Positions 37,093 through 47,024 of a stretch of 64,000 nucleotides of DNA are shown one piece after another. The first letter of the stretch is position 1. Each line of letters starts with the position of its first letter. The stretch is from Myxococcota bacterium. GTDB lineage: Bacteria > Myxococcota_A > UBA9160 > UBA6930. The translations under genes were made by a program, and so were the position numbers. The notes under the pieces are model-generated. The model made no database searches and was not told where the DNA came from. It worked only from the letters and a program-made list of their open reading frames with translations. The DNA lies in assembly GCA_965223705.1 (NCBI GenBank), contig OZ245015.1, forward strand, positions 4,384,001 to 4,448,000, given 5' to 3'.

Positions 37093-38213
37093 GACTGACC
37101 TCCTACCGGCTTTCGCAGACCGGCTTGCTCGAGTAGCGGAATGACTTCGGCGGCAAACCGCGCGAGCCCTTCTCGGTAGTTCACCCAGGAAAGCGTGACG
37201 CCGTCGATCCCCGTCTCCTTGAAAGCGACCAACTGATCGGCGACTTGCTGCGCGTCGCCGATCACGGGAAGCGCGGCGTAGCCTTCGACGAGATGGCGCA
37301 GCATTTCTTGATCGCGAGCGGGGTCGAAACTCCCGGATTCGGGCTGCACGCCGCCGAGCAGGTTGCGAGCGGCTTCCCAGTCGCCCTCCTCCTCGACGTA
37401 GTAGCGGTAGAAATCGCGTGCGTCTCTTTCCGAATCGCCCAGAACGATCGCGGTCATGCCCCAAATCGAGACCTCGCGGTCGTTTTCGGCCGCGAGCTTG
37501 CGGACATCGGCCACGATCTCGCGAACGGCATCGAGATCGGGGGCGAGTAGAAAGTTCAAGTCCGCGTGCTTTGCCGCAAACGCGCGGCCGGCCGGGCTCA
37601 CGCCCGCGCTCATCACCATCGGGTAGGGCTTTTGCACGGGCTTCGGCTCCGCATACGCGGCGGGACAATCGAAGTACTTGCCATCGAAGTCGAAATCTCC
37701 CGGTTCCGTCCACAGGCGTTTGATGAGCTCGATCCACTCTTCGGCAACCTGGTAGCGCTCTTCGTGAGGGAGTTGCGATTTGCCGAACATTTCGAATTCC
37801 GGTGCGTTCCATCCCGCCACGATGTTCAAACCGAAGCGACCATTCGAGATGTGGTCGATCGTGGTCGCCTGTTTCGCAGCGAGGACCGGATGAATGGTCG
37901 GAACGTGGCTCGTCGCAAAGATGGCGATCCGTTCGGTCGCCTGAGCCAAGCCCGCCGCCCAGGTATACGTTTCGAAAGTTCGGTGGTTGAAATTCGTATC
38001 GCCGCCAAAGCCTTTCCAACGGGCGACGGGCACCATGGCCTCAATTCCCGCTCGATCGGCGGCCACGGCGAGCTCAACGCTCTCCGGCCAATTGACCTCG
38101 ATATTCCCGGGAGCCTTCGTGATGGAGCAGCCGTGACTCACATTGACCCCGAAAACGCCCAATTTGAGCGAATTCTCTCCAAGCACGGCGGTTCGGTCGT
38201 TCGGGTCGGACAT
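37089..38213 (-). CDS. LLM-class flavin-dependent monooxygenase
   Basis: VPVARWKGFGG, TIDHISNGRFGLNIVAGWN, MSAGVSPAGRAFAAKHAD. Confidence 0.9.
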   Translation of the reverse strand: MSDPNDRTAVLGENSLKLGVFGVNVSHGCSITKAPGNIEVNWPESVELAVAADRAGIEAMVPVARWKGFGGDTNFNHRTFETYTWAAGLAQATERIAIFATSHVPTIHPVLAAKQATTIDHISNGRFGLNIVAGWNAPEFEMFGKSQLPHEERYQVAEEWIELIKRLWTEPGDFDFDGKYFDCPAAYAEPKPVQKPYPMVMSAGVSPAGRAFAAKHADLNFLLAPDLDAVREIVADVRKLAAENDREVSIWGMTAIVLGDSERDARDFYRYYVEEEGDWEAARNLLGGVQPESGSFDPARDQEMLRHLVEGYAALPVIGDAQQVADQLVAFKETGIDGVTLSWVNYREGLARFAAEVIPLLEQAGLRKPVGGQS

Positions 38214-38269
38214 GGCGGTTCTCCGTAGTGCGGGCGTAGACTATAGATCGACTCCGACCCGAGGTGCCC

Positions 38270-38899
38270 ATGACAGACCTGCGCCGAGAGCCCGTGCGCG
38301 ACCTTTCGACCCTGCAAGCCCTGGTCGGGGGGGAGCCCCATCCGATCGTTCCGAAGAAGATCTTCGAGCGCGCCGAAGAGAGCGCGGCGCGTTTCATTGA
38401 GCAGTCTCCGTTCCTGCTCTTGTCGACCAGCGATCGCCAAGGGCGCCAGGACGTCTCGCCGAAGGGCGACGCCGCGGGGTTCGCGTGGCTCGAGGACGAC
38501 CACACCTTGTGGATTCCCGATCGGCCGGGGAACAAACTCGCTTTCGGCCTGAAAAACATTCTCGAGAACCCGCAGGTCGGCGTGCTGTTTCTCCTGCCCG
38601 GGACCGAGGAGACTTTGCGCATCAACGGGAGCGCCGAAATTCACGCCGCGCCGGAGATCCTCGATCGGCTCGCCGCGCGCGGCAAGCCGGCGATCGTCGC
38701 GATTCGCGTCGACATCAAAGAATGTTTTTTCCACTGCGCAAAAGCGTTCAAACGATCGAACCTCTGGAAACAAGAGACCTGGCCCGAGCGGTTCCGCATT
38801 TCGTTCGGGCAAATGCTCGCGCCGCGCGTCGGCGGCGGAGAAAAAGAAGCCGCACAGATCGACGCGATCGTGGAAGAGGATTACCGCCACGGCCTGTAG
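38270..38899 (+). CDS. Pyridoxamine 5'-phosphate oxidase-like FMN-binding protein (MSMEG_1061 type)
   Basis: DVSPKGD, IPDRPGNK, NILENPQVGVLFLLPG, ETLRING, FFHCAKAFKRS. Confidence 0.85.
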   Translation: MTDLRREPVRDLSTLQALVGGEPHPIVPKKIFERAEESAARFIEQSPFLLLSTSDRQGRQDVSPKGDAAGFAWLEDDHTLWIPDRPGNKLAFGLKNILENPQVGVLFLLPGTEETLRINGSAEIHAAPEILDRLAARGKPAIVAIRVDIKECFFHCAKAFKRSNLWKQETWPERFRISFGQMLAPRVGGGEKEAAQIDAIVEEDYRHGL

Positions 38900-38919
38900 G
38901 CCTAGCCAAGGAGCAAGTT

Positions 38920-40413
38920 ATGCCGCTCAAGAGCCCCGAAGAATATCTCGAAAGCCTCGCCGCCATGAAGATCCGCGCCTACGTGGGAGGCGAGCGCGTC
39001 GAAAGCATCGTCGACCACCCGGCGATCGCGCCCCACATCAACACGGTCGCAAAGACGTACGAGCTCGCGCACGACCCGGAGCACGCCGAGGTCATGACGG
39101 CGGAGAGTCATCTCTCGGGTGAGCGCATCCATCGCTACACCCACATCTTCCAGAACGCCGACGACCTGGTGAAGAAGATCCAGATGCTTCGGCTGCTCGG
39201 TCAGAAGACCGGGACCTGCTTCCAGCGCTGCGTAGGCCTCGATGCGTTGAACGCGACGTACGCGGTGTCCTACGAGATCGACCAAGCGGCCGGCACCGAC
39301 TATCACGAACGATTCAAGCGCTACCTCCGCAAAGTACAGGACGCGGATCTCATGGTCGCCGGCGCGATGACGGATCCGAAGGGTCACCGTTCGAAGTCGC
39401 CGTCTCAGCAGGATGACCCCGACGCCTTCGTCCGCGTGGTCGAGCGGCGCGAAGACGGTGTCGTCATCCGCGGTGCCAAGCTCCACAACACAGGCGGAAT
39501 CAATTCCCACGAGATCTTGGTGCTACCGGGAACGGGCCTCAGAGAAGGCGAAGAAGACTACGCCATCGCTTGTGGAGTCCCCGCCGACGCCGATGGCGTG
39601 CTCTTTATCTTCGGGCGCCAGTCGAACGACGGACGAAAACTCGAGCGGGGTTGCGCGGACTATGGCAATCCGCGCTTTGGTGTTGTCGGCGGCGAGGCGA
39701 TGGTCGTTTTCGACGACGTCTTCATCCCCAACGATCGCATCTTCATGAACGGAGAAACCGCGCACTGCGGAACGCTCGTCAACTACTTCGCCACTTGGCA
39801 CCGAGCGAATTACGGCGGCTGCAAGGGCGGCAATGCTGACGTGTTGATCGGCGCGACGGCGAAGACGACGAAAATTCTGGGGACGGATCGCAACGGCATC
39901 GTTCGCGACAAGCTGACCGAGATGGTTCACTTGAACGAGACGACGTACGCGTCCGCTATCGGCGCAAGCGCGATGGGCTACGAACTTCCTTGCGGCTCGT
40001 TCATGGTCGACCCCATGATGGCGAACACGGTCAAACAGAACATCACGCGCAACGTCTATCAAATCGGGCGCTTGAGCCACGATCTCGCCGGCGGTTTCCT
40101 CGCGACCATGCCCGACAACACGGCTTTCGAGAACCCGGAGATCGGAGGCTACGTCCGGAAATACCACACGGCGAACCCGGAATACGACGTGATGGAGCGG
40201 GTGCGCATGGGCCGCTACATCGAGGGAATGACCTCGGTCACCACCATGGTCGAAGCGATGCACGGCGCGGGCTCCCCCCAGGCGCAACGCATCGTAATGA
40301 TGGGGCAGGCGAAGATCGACGATAAGATCCGGATGGCCGAAGAAGTCATCAACGGGGACGACGATCTCGAAGGCCTACCCCTGCGCGGCATCACGGAATC
40401 GAGCGAAGACTGA
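38920..40413 (+). CDS. abfD: 4-hydroxybutyryl-CoA dehydratase (AbfD-like; FAD, [4Fe-4S])
   Basis: TGTCFQRCVGLD, GAMTDPKG, WHRANYGGCK, AMHGAGSPQAQ; AAGGAG RBS. Confidence 0.85.
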   Translation: MPLKSPEEYLESLAAMKIRAYVGGERVESIVDHPAIAPHINTVAKTYELAHDPEHAEVMTAESHLSGERIHRYTHIFQNADDLVKKIQMLRLLGQKTGTCFQRCVGLDALNATYAVSYEIDQAAGTDYHERFKRYLRKVQDADLMVAGAMTDPKGHRSKSPSQQDDPDAFVRVVERREDGVVIRGAKLHNTGGINSHEILVLPGTGLREGEEDYAIACGVPADADGVLFIFGRQSNDGRKLERGCADYGNPRFGVVGGEAMVVFDDVFIPNDRIFMNGETAHCGTLVNYFATWHRANYGGCKGGNADVLIGATAKTTKILGTDRNGIVRDKLTEMVHLNETTYASAIGASAMGYELPCGSFMVDPMMANTVKQNITRNVYQIGRLSHDLAGGFLATMPDNTAFENPEIGGYVRKYHTANPEYDVMERVRMGRYIEGMTSVTTMVEAMHGAGSPQAQRIVMMGQAKIDDKIRMAEEVINGDDDLEGLPLRGITESSED

Positions 40414-40417
40414 CCGC

Positions 40418-41104
40418 CTAGGGTCGGGTCTGGTTGCCCTGTAGCGTCCAGCCGATGTCGTCTCCGCCGGGGCCGTCCAGTGCGGTCCCGTCGTTGAAGC
40501 TCGTCTCGAACAGACCATTGGGTCCGGCTGACAGGCAGAGGACGGCGTGCTCGTCCTCTTCCGCGGGCGTCACTCCGGCGACGTTCGCGCCGTCCAAGTA
40601 GCGCACGTTGCACACGTACGGGCGGTTCCACGGATCCATGGGAATCGACTGGAGGTACGGCCCGTTCCAGCCCGGCGGCTGAGGCGGAGAAGCGCTCGCT
40701 GTGTAGAGCGGATCGACCGTATCGGTTCTGTTGAAGATCAAGTGATCTTCCAAGGCACCCGCATTGCCGAGGTTCCGCCAGCGATTGTCTCCGGGCGCAG
40801 CTCCCGCTCCGCCCGGGATGGCTGCCGGCGCGATATCCGCCTGGGAGAGGCTGACCAAGCGGGAGAGCTCTCCCCGGTCGAGCATATTCGCGTCGTTGTT
40901 CACCGGCCAGAAACCGCTGTCCAAGTTGAACGCGAGAATCGCTTGACCGAGCGTCTGCGAATCCGACAACGCGCGCGCGCGTCGACCGTCGTTGACGTAT
41001 TTGATGACGAGAGGCGTTAGGGCTGCCGATAGAATGGCCAAGATCGCGACAGCAACCAGGATCTCGACGAGCGTGAAACCCTGACGTCGATGGTTCAATT
41101 CCAT
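40418..41104 (-). CDS. GspG-like type IV (pseudo)pilin
   Basis: Class III signal RRQG|FTLVE; WNGPYL, DPWNRPY, SAGPNG, GDDIG. Confidence 0.85.
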   Translation of the reverse strand: MELNHRRQGFTLVEILVAVAILAILSAALTPLVIKYVNDGRRARALSDSQTLGQAILAFNLDSGFWPVNNDANMLDRGELSRLVSLSQADIAPAAIPGGAGAAPGDNRWRNLGNAGALEDHLIFNRTDTVDPLYTASASPPQPPGWNGPYLQSIPMDPWNRPYVCNVRYLDGANVAGVTPAEEDEHAVLCLSAGPNGLFETSFNDGTALDGPGGDDIGWTLQGNQTRP

Positions 41105-41826
41105 TTCGGAATCTCCTTTGCGGGGGAAAGCTTGCGTGGGGGCGTTGTGACGGACGGCGCGGTGGCGCCTAACTGAGTCAACCGCTGCACTCGGGCGCGT
41201 ACGGCCGGACGGTCCCTGTCGCCGGTTTCCGAGAGCGCGAGAAAATCGCGGTAGTGGTGAATGGCTTCGGGGGTGCGGCCCGCCCGATCAAAGGCCAGGG
41301 CTAGATTGAAGACGGCGTTCGCGTCGCGCGGCGTGGACTCGATCGCTTCCGCGAGAACCGCGATCGCCTCGGCATGTGCGCCGGTTTCGCTCAGCGCGGC
41401 GCCGAGATTGATCAACACCTCGAGCTCGTCACCGCCATGGTGCCGCGCCCGAACCAGTGAAGCGACGGCCTCACGCGGTCGACCCGCGCGCAGCGCTTGT
41501 GTGCCCCGAACGCTCGAGATATCCGGGTAGTCGGGCCGCAGTGCTTCGGCCTTGTCGAGCCACGAAAGCGCTTCATCGATTTCTTCGAGCTCGATCAAGA
41601 CGCGCGCGAGATTTACCATCGCCTCGACGTAATGCGGTTCGCGTTCGATCGCCTTGTGGTAGAGCTCGGACGCCTGGACGTAGTCCCCCCGTCGATGCGC
41701 CGCGATCGCGGTTGTGAACTCCGTCTCGCTCGCCCGGATCTCCGCGTATCGCTCTTCTTCTTCCGTCGCCGCATGCGCCGCGGATGCCACCGCGACCGCG
41801 AAGAGCAGCGTGCTGAAACGTTTCAT
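41095..41826 (-). CDS. Secreted TPR protein (MshN-like position)
   Basis: Signal peptide AHA|A; repeated TPR helices (AMVNLA, LINLGA, VFNLAL). Confidence 0.75.
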   Translation of the reverse strand: MKRFSTLLFAVAVASAAHAATEEEERYAEIRASETEFTTAIAAHRRGDYVQASELYHKAIEREPHYVEAMVNLARVLIELEEIDEALSWLDKAEALRPDYPDISSVRGTQALRAGRPREAVASLVRARHHGGDELEVLINLGAALSETGAHAEAIAVLAEAIESTPRDANAVFNLALAFDRAGRTPEAIHHYRDFLALSETGDRDRPAVRARVQRLTQLGATAPSVTTPPRKLSPAKEIPKWN

Positions 41827-43532
41827 CGCACCCCCAGTGATTCGCCGCGCGGTTGTCGCCACCACGGGTTGCCAAGCGAGCGCTCTTTCCGAATGGCGTC
41901 CAGATCGGCCAAGCGGCGATCGATGTCGTCTCGAATCTCCGTGATTTGCGGCGGATCGAGGATCCGCGGCGTCAGGAAGATCACGAGCTCCGTGCGACGC
42001 TCCTCGGTGTTCTGGCCCTTGAACAAGTTGCCGACGACCGGCAGATCTCCCACAAAGGGGACACGGCGCTCCTGTTCGAATTCTTTGCTCTGCACCAGGC
42101 CGCCCAGAACGACCGTCCCTCCGTTGCGAACTCGGAGAACGGTGTCGACCTCTCGGAGGTCGATCACGGGCAAGCTGCCCACCTGAGGAAGGGAAGGATC
42201 GCTCGTCGGTTGGAGCTCGACCGAAACGATCTCGGAAAAGCTCGGGTGGATGTGCAGTGTGATCTCTTCGTCTTCGGCGACTTGTGGCGTGACGTCGAGC
42301 GTCACGCCGACGGGAACGATGGTCGGTACGAACTCCACGGTCTGCGTAGTACCTACGGCTTCGACGACCTCGGTCTCGACTTCCGCGACGAAGAACACCT
42401 CGTTCCTCACGACCTTGATGAGCGCTTTGTGGTTGTTGAGTGTCGTCACCCTCGGTGTGGAGACGATCCGCACGTCGGTCTGCAAGGCGATCGCTTGGAG
42501 TACCACCCCCAGGTCGTCTCGTGCGACGCCGAACGAAATCCCGCCCTGGGTCAATACCGGAGCGAAGGCCTGGGTGATGGTCGCTTCGCGCAGTCCGGTG
42601 GTGATGCCCCTCGCGAAGACGCCGTTCGTACTGCTGCCGTAGTTCGGAGAAACCTCGAAGTCCGTGCCCAGATCGAGCTCATCCTCGAGCGTAATCTCGA
42701 TGATCTGCGCGTCGATCAGCACTTGTTGACGCTGGGAGTCGACGACTTGCCGGAGGTATCGATGGACATCGTCGAGCATTTCGCTTGCTGCCGTGACAAC
42801 CACCAAGCCCGACTGCCGCGCGACGACGACCCGACGCGGCTGCGCGCCGTCCTCTTCGTCACCGGCTGCAGGATCCGTCGTGGCTTCAGGATCGCCAAAC
42901 ACGAGCGCGCGGAGGCTCGTTTCAATCTCGTTCCACAGATCGACGGTCTGCGTCGTGGAAAGCGCCAGCGCACTCGAGTCGTCCTCGGATCCCGAGGAGT
43001 TCTCCTGACCGATGTCGACGGCCGCGCCGATGAAGCCCGAAAGCGTTAAGTCCGAGGTGCCCGTACGGGCGTGGTTCGGATAGTCGATGCGCCAGGTCCG
43101 CGTCTCGCGCCGGGGTCGGAAGACCCGCAGGACGTTGTCCTTCACGCGGTAGCGATATCCCATCGGAGTGACCACTTCGTCGAGGATCTGAAGTAGGGAG
43201 ACCTCATCGAGATCTGCAGTAACCGTTCCCGTCACGTCCGGGTCGACGACGAGGTTGAGCGGGCTCTGCTTGCCGAGTCCGATCAACAACGAGCGAACTT
43301 CAGCCGCTTCGAGATCCAGGGTGAAGCGAGAAGATTCGAGGAACCGCACCACCGCGGGCCGCGGGGCATCGTCCGGAATGGACACGCTCCGAGCTTCGAG
43401 ATCGGGAGCCGGTAGCTTCGCCTGTGGGGTATCGCTCCTCGGCGCCGGAAGCGGCGCGGGGGAACCGGCGCATCCGAACGCGAGAGCGGTGACGAGGACG
43501 AGCCCCCTCGCTCTAGTCAAGTGATGAATCAT
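41823..43532 (-). CDS. Lipoprotein secretin (MshL/GspD-like)
   Basis: Lipobox LAFG|C; QVLIDAQIIEI, STPRVTTLNN, GVTLDVTPQ, VPFVGDLPVVGNLF, TELVIFLTPRI. Confidence 0.92.
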   Translation of the reverse strand: MIHHLTRARGLVLVTALAFGCAGSPAPLPAPRSDTPQAKLPAPDLEARSVSIPDDAPRPAVVRFLESSRFTLDLEAAEVRSLLIGLGKQSPLNLVVDPDVTGTVTADLDEVSLLQILDEVVTPMGYRYRVKDNVLRVFRPRRETRTWRIDYPNHARTGTSDLTLSGFIGAAVDIGQENSSGSEDDSSALALSTTQTVDLWNEIETSLRALVFGDPEATTDPAAGDEEDGAQPRRVVVARQSGLVVVTAASEMLDDVHRYLRQVVDSQRQQVLIDAQIIEITLEDELDLGTDFEVSPNYGSSTNGVFARGITTGLREATITQAFAPVLTQGGISFGVARDDLGVVLQAIALQTDVRIVSTPRVTTLNNHKALIKVVRNEVFFVAEVETEVVEAVGTTQTVEFVPTIVPVGVTLDVTPQVAEDEEITLHIHPSFSEIVSVELQPTSDPSLPQVGSLPVIDLREVDTVLRVRNGGTVVLGGLVQSKEFEQERRVPFVGDLPVVGNLFKGQNTEERRTELVIFLTPRILDPPQITEIRDDIDRRLADLDAIRKERSLGNPWWRQPRGESLGVR

Positions 43533-44049
43533 TCCGTTCCTCCGAACCCTCGCTCGGCTCGTTCGCCAGGCTTCCTACGGTCTCCACGGATTCGCCGAGT
43601 TCGACCCGGAACGTGGGGATTCCGGGGGCCTCGAGGTCAATCCATGCCGGCCCGATGGCCGAAATCCGGTAGCCCCCGATCGGACTTCCTTCGGTCCTGC
43701 TCACGCCGTCGAGCCAAGCGATGCGGCGCTCCCTCCCGACCAACGTGCCGTCGAGGATCAAAGCCTGGTTCGCGTCCACCACCCCGGGGAGCGGCGCGTC
43801 GACCGCGACCATGCCGAAGGGATTCCGGTCGACGACTCCCAGACCCGCGAGGTATCGATCGAGGTTCTCGGGGAGAACCGCTCGCATCTCCCCGTCTGAG
43901 ACGTCTTCGTCGTACGGCTCGCCGCCGTCGCCCTCATCGAAGTACGCGACTGCGGGAGAGAGAGCGTTCTCGCGAAAGAAGCGCCAGTTCTGGTAGCCGA
44001 CCGCGACGACAGCGACCGCCAGGATCGGGACGACGACGCGAAGGTTCAT
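43513..44049 (-). CDS. Pilus/T2SS accessory protein (MshK/PilP/GspC-like)
   Basis: N-terminal TM; RNPF motif followed by LDGTLVG..RIAWLDG beta-region; coupled within the operon. Confidence 0.5.
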   Translation of the reverse strand: MNLRVVVPILAVAVVAVGYQNWRFFRENALSPAVAYFDEGDGGEPYDEDVSDGEMRAVLPENLDRYLAGLGVVDRNPFGMVAVDAPLPGVVDANQALILDGTLVGRERRIAWLDGVSRTEGSPIGGYRISAIGPAWIDLEAPGIPTFRVELGESVETVGSLANEPSEGSEERNDSSLD

Positions 44050-44645
44050 GACGGCGGCGCTCCCCGGATGAACCAAGCGAGCTCGAGCAACACCGCGAGT
44101 CCGGTGTTTGTTCGCTTGACTTCAAAGCGATCGATTCGAGCCGGGGTTCCCTCGTCGACGATTCGCGACAGCATTCGGTGGACCCCGTGGTACGTCGTTT
44201 CAAACCGCGCGCGAAGGTGGGTCTCGACAACCTCGAGCTGCTCTTCGCCGGATGGCGACTCAAACGTCGTCCGCGACGGTTCGCGTCCGGCGGGCGCCGC
44301 GATCGGTTCCACGACCAGGCCCTCGACTTCCGGTGCAGAGAGGTGCTTCGCAACCAACACGATCTGTTCCGGTTCGTTGTCGGCGCGTATGAAACGTCGA
44401 GAGAAAGCGGCCCATCGCCGGTGGAGCTCCTGTGCCTCCTCGCGAACAAGAGGTGCGTTGGCGCGTTGAACTTCGGACCAGCGGGCTTCTCGGCGTTCGA
44501 CTTCTGCCAGCGAGCCGCGCAGGGCCCGAACGCGTTCTCGACCGGTGCCGAGAACGACGGCCACAAGGAGAGCCGCCATTCCGACGACGGCGAGGGACAA
44601 CACGAGGTTCCATCCGGTGAGGTACGTCGAGCGAAGCTCACTCAT
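44046..44645 (-). CDS. PilO/MshJ-like inner-membrane platform protein
   Basis: TM, coiled coil and ferredoxin-like 'FETTYHGVHRML' segment; operon position. Confidence 0.55.
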   Translation of the reverse strand: MSELRSTYLTGWNLVLSLAVVGMAALLVAVVLGTGRERVRALRGSLAEVERREARWSEVQRANAPLVREEAQELHRRWAAFSRRFIRADNEPEQIVLVAKHLSAPEVEGLVVEPIAAPAGREPSRTTFESPSGEEQLEVVETHLRARFETTYHGVHRMLSRIVDEGTPARIDRFEVKRTNTGLAVLLELAWFIRGAPPS

Positions 44646-46269
44646 GACCGACCTCCGCTACGGGTGCGAGCCTCGCGCTCACCATAAACAGCGTGCTCAC
44701 GACGTCGGAGTCACCCTCCGAGCTCTGTTCCTGGCGAACGTCGTCGACGGCGACAAAGGGCGCTGCGCGAAGATCTTCGATGAACCGCGACACCTGCCCG
44801 GCGGCTTCCGAGATGTTCGGTGCTTCGGAGCGAAGCGAGAGAACCGCGCGAAACCCCCCGTCGCGCTGGACGATCTCGAGGCGTCTCACTTCGGCGCGCT
44901 CGGGAAGAAGCGCCGCGACGGTGTGCAGCAACCCGCGGAAAGGCGGAGCCTCTCGGCGCAACCGTTCGAGCCCGCGAGAGACGATTTCTGCGCGGCTCCG
45001 AGTCGCGAGCCCCTCCTCGATCGCGCGCCTCGATCCCGCACCGGCCATCCACGAGTCTTCGGCGATCGCGATCTTCCGGTTCAGGCCGTGTTCCTGGCCG
45101 ACTCGAACCCCGACACCGATGACGAGCACCGCGAGGAGAGACGCGGCGAGCCGCAATAGGCGCTTCCGCGCGTCGCCGCTTCGGACGCGCAACGCGCGGT
45201 ATTCGGGCAACAACTGCGTGCCCGGGTCTCGGACAAGCAGCGCTCCGAGGGCGACGCCCGTCTCATTCGGAATCTCGTGCCCCAGTGTTTCGCGAAGGAC
45301 GCTGCGAAGGTCGAGCGCGGCATGTCCGAGCCGCTCGGCGAGTGCGTGAAGCGAGTTCCCGAGGCGATCGACGTCGCCGCACAGTACGGTCCGCTGAATC
45401 TGACCCAGAGACAGCTCCGTTTCGACGTAGCGGATCGTGCGTTGAATCTCCGTCGCGAGCCGCTCGATCTCGAGTGCTTCCCGCTCGAGCGGATCGAGCT
45501 CTTCTGAAGGCTCGCCCGCATCGGCGTCCGAAAAGAGGGCGTTGGGCTCGTCGTATACGGGCGTGGAGGTCTGCTGCGCTTCGGGCGATCGCACCATCCG
45601 GTCGCCCATGAACTTGTGCTTCACTTCGCGGCTGAACAGCCACCCATGGTTGTCGACGACCACGCACGTTCCGACGTCGCGTTCGAGATCGAAGATCGCG
45701 GTCAACGCACCTTCCGGTGAGGCTGGCAAAAGCCGGGTCAGATTGGCGATCGCGAGGTGGCGACTGCCGATGGTCACCAGCGGGAGGCCACTCTCCGCGA
45801 ACTCTTCCGCGAGCTCCTCGGCGAGTTCTTTCGGCGCTGTGGCGAGCCACGCGTGTCCGCCCTTGCGACGCACCTCGAGGTCGATGGCCCCGAGGCGATC
45901 GTCGCTCTCGGCGGCGATCATCCCCCGCAACTTGCGGGCCGCGATGCCCGCCGCCGCACGTTTCGCTGTTGCCGGAGGCAGATCGACCCGCTGATGCTGC
46001 ACCGATGGCGAGCGCAGTGTCGCTCCCAAGCGCCGACCGGACGCGACGCGCGACGCTTCGAACCGTGCGAGCGCCTCTCGGCCGGAAAGCTCCTCGACGG
46101 TTTCGCAGCAACCCCACGCGACCGGGCGCGATCCCGACCGCGTCCTCACACCCTCGACCCAGAAAACGCCGCGTTCGCGTACGTCGACGTGCAGTTCCCG
46201 GCGGATTCCGAAGAGCGCCCACAAGTTTCGTCCGGCGACGCGAAGGTGTCGTTCGATTCGCGTCGTCAT
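44638..46269 (-). CDS. PilM-PilN fusion (GspL/MshI-like) platform protein
   Basis: Actin-like cytoplasmic region (ERLATEIQRTIRY, VLCGD), TM, then PilN-like periplasmic domain. Confidence 0.6.
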   Translation of the reverse strand: MTTRIERHLRVAGRNLWALFGIRRELHVDVRERGVFWVEGVRTRSGSRPVAWGCCETVEELSGREALARFEASRVASGRRLGATLRSPSVQHQRVDLPPATAKRAAAGIAARKLRGMIAAESDDRLGAIDLEVRRKGGHAWLATAPKELAEELAEEFAESGLPLVTIGSRHLAIANLTRLLPASPEGALTAIFDLERDVGTCVVVDNHGWLFSREVKHKFMGDRMVRSPEAQQTSTPVYDEPNALFSDADAGEPSEELDPLEREALEIERLATEIQRTIRYVETELSLGQIQRTVLCGDVDRLGNSLHALAERLGHAALDLRSVLRETLGHEIPNETGVALGALLVRDPGTQLLPEYRALRVRSGDARKRLLRLAASLLAVLVIGVGVRVGQEHGLNRKIAIAEDSWMAGAGSRRAIEEGLATRSRAEIVSRGLERLRREAPPFRGLLHTVAALLPERAEVRRLEIVQRDGGFRAVLSLRSEAPNISEAAGQVSRFIEDLRAAPFVAVDDVRQEQSSEGDSDVVSTLFMVSARLAPVAEVGHE

Positions 46270-47024
46270 GGCTGCACCAAGGTGATGGCGTGCGCCACCT
46301 GACGACCGCGGAGGGTCAGGACATCGCGCGACTCGGCTCCCGCGTAGCTGCCGATACCGAGGGCACGGACGCCGTGCGCACCGAGGTGGACTCCGGTCGC
46401 GGTGAATGGCCCATTTCCGGCGAGCGCTGCTTCTGAACGCACTCCGTTCACGGCCGATGTGAGAAATACCGTGACGCGAGTGCTGTCGAGCAGCTCCGGA
46501 GGACCGCCGCTGTTCGGGATGCCGGTGACGGTGACGGCCACGTCGCCTTGGGTCGCCGGGGCGTTCGCCGGAAAGATCAAGTCGTCGCCCGTCCCGAACG
46601 TTCGGTCACGCCCGGCGCTCGAGACCTGCGCGATGCCCGTGTATCGATAGGGCGTACTCCAAGCGTCGACGTACACGCCGGCTTGGTCCCGCAGGAGCGG
46701 CGCGTATGGGCCGCCCCAGCCGTAGCCGACGCCATCCGCAGCGTTCCAAGTGAATGCCGGGAGACCCGCGAGCTGATTGAGGTCGGCGAGCGCTGTCGGC
46801 AAGCGGCCGACGTCCGCCACGTAACCGAATGAGCTTTCCGCCGGATCTCCGCGCATGGCGTGCACGAACTGTCGAAGCTCGGCGACGGTCCGCCGCTCGT
46901 GTTGTCTTGCGATATCGCGAAGCACCATGGGCGCAGCAGCGCCCGCAAGCAGTGAGACGAGCGTCAACACGACGATGATCTCGATCAACGAGAAGCCCGC
47001 GTCTCTTCGCCTACTGAGACGCAT
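46266..47024 (-). CDS. Second GspG-like pilin with C-terminal beta extension
   Basis: RRDAG|FSLIE; WGGPY, DAWSTPY, SAGRDRTFGTGDD. Confidence 0.8.
   Translation of the reverse strand: MRLSRRRDAGFSLIEIIVVLTLVSLLAGAAAPMVLRDIARQHERRTVAELRQFVHAMRGDPAESSFGYVADVGRLPTALADLNQLAGLPAFTWNAADGVGYGWGGPYAPLLRDQAGVYVDAWSTPYRYTGIAQVSSAGRDRTFGTGDDLIFPANAPATQGDVAVTVTGIPNSGGPPELLDSTRVTVFLTSAVNGVRSEAALAGNGPFTATGVHLGAHGVRALGIGSYAGAESRDVLTLRGRQVAHAITLVQP

Noticed and set aside
38920..40413. Evidence of autotrophic 3HP/4HB carbon fixation
   Set aside because: AbfD alone is not diagnostic; no other cycle genes are in the window
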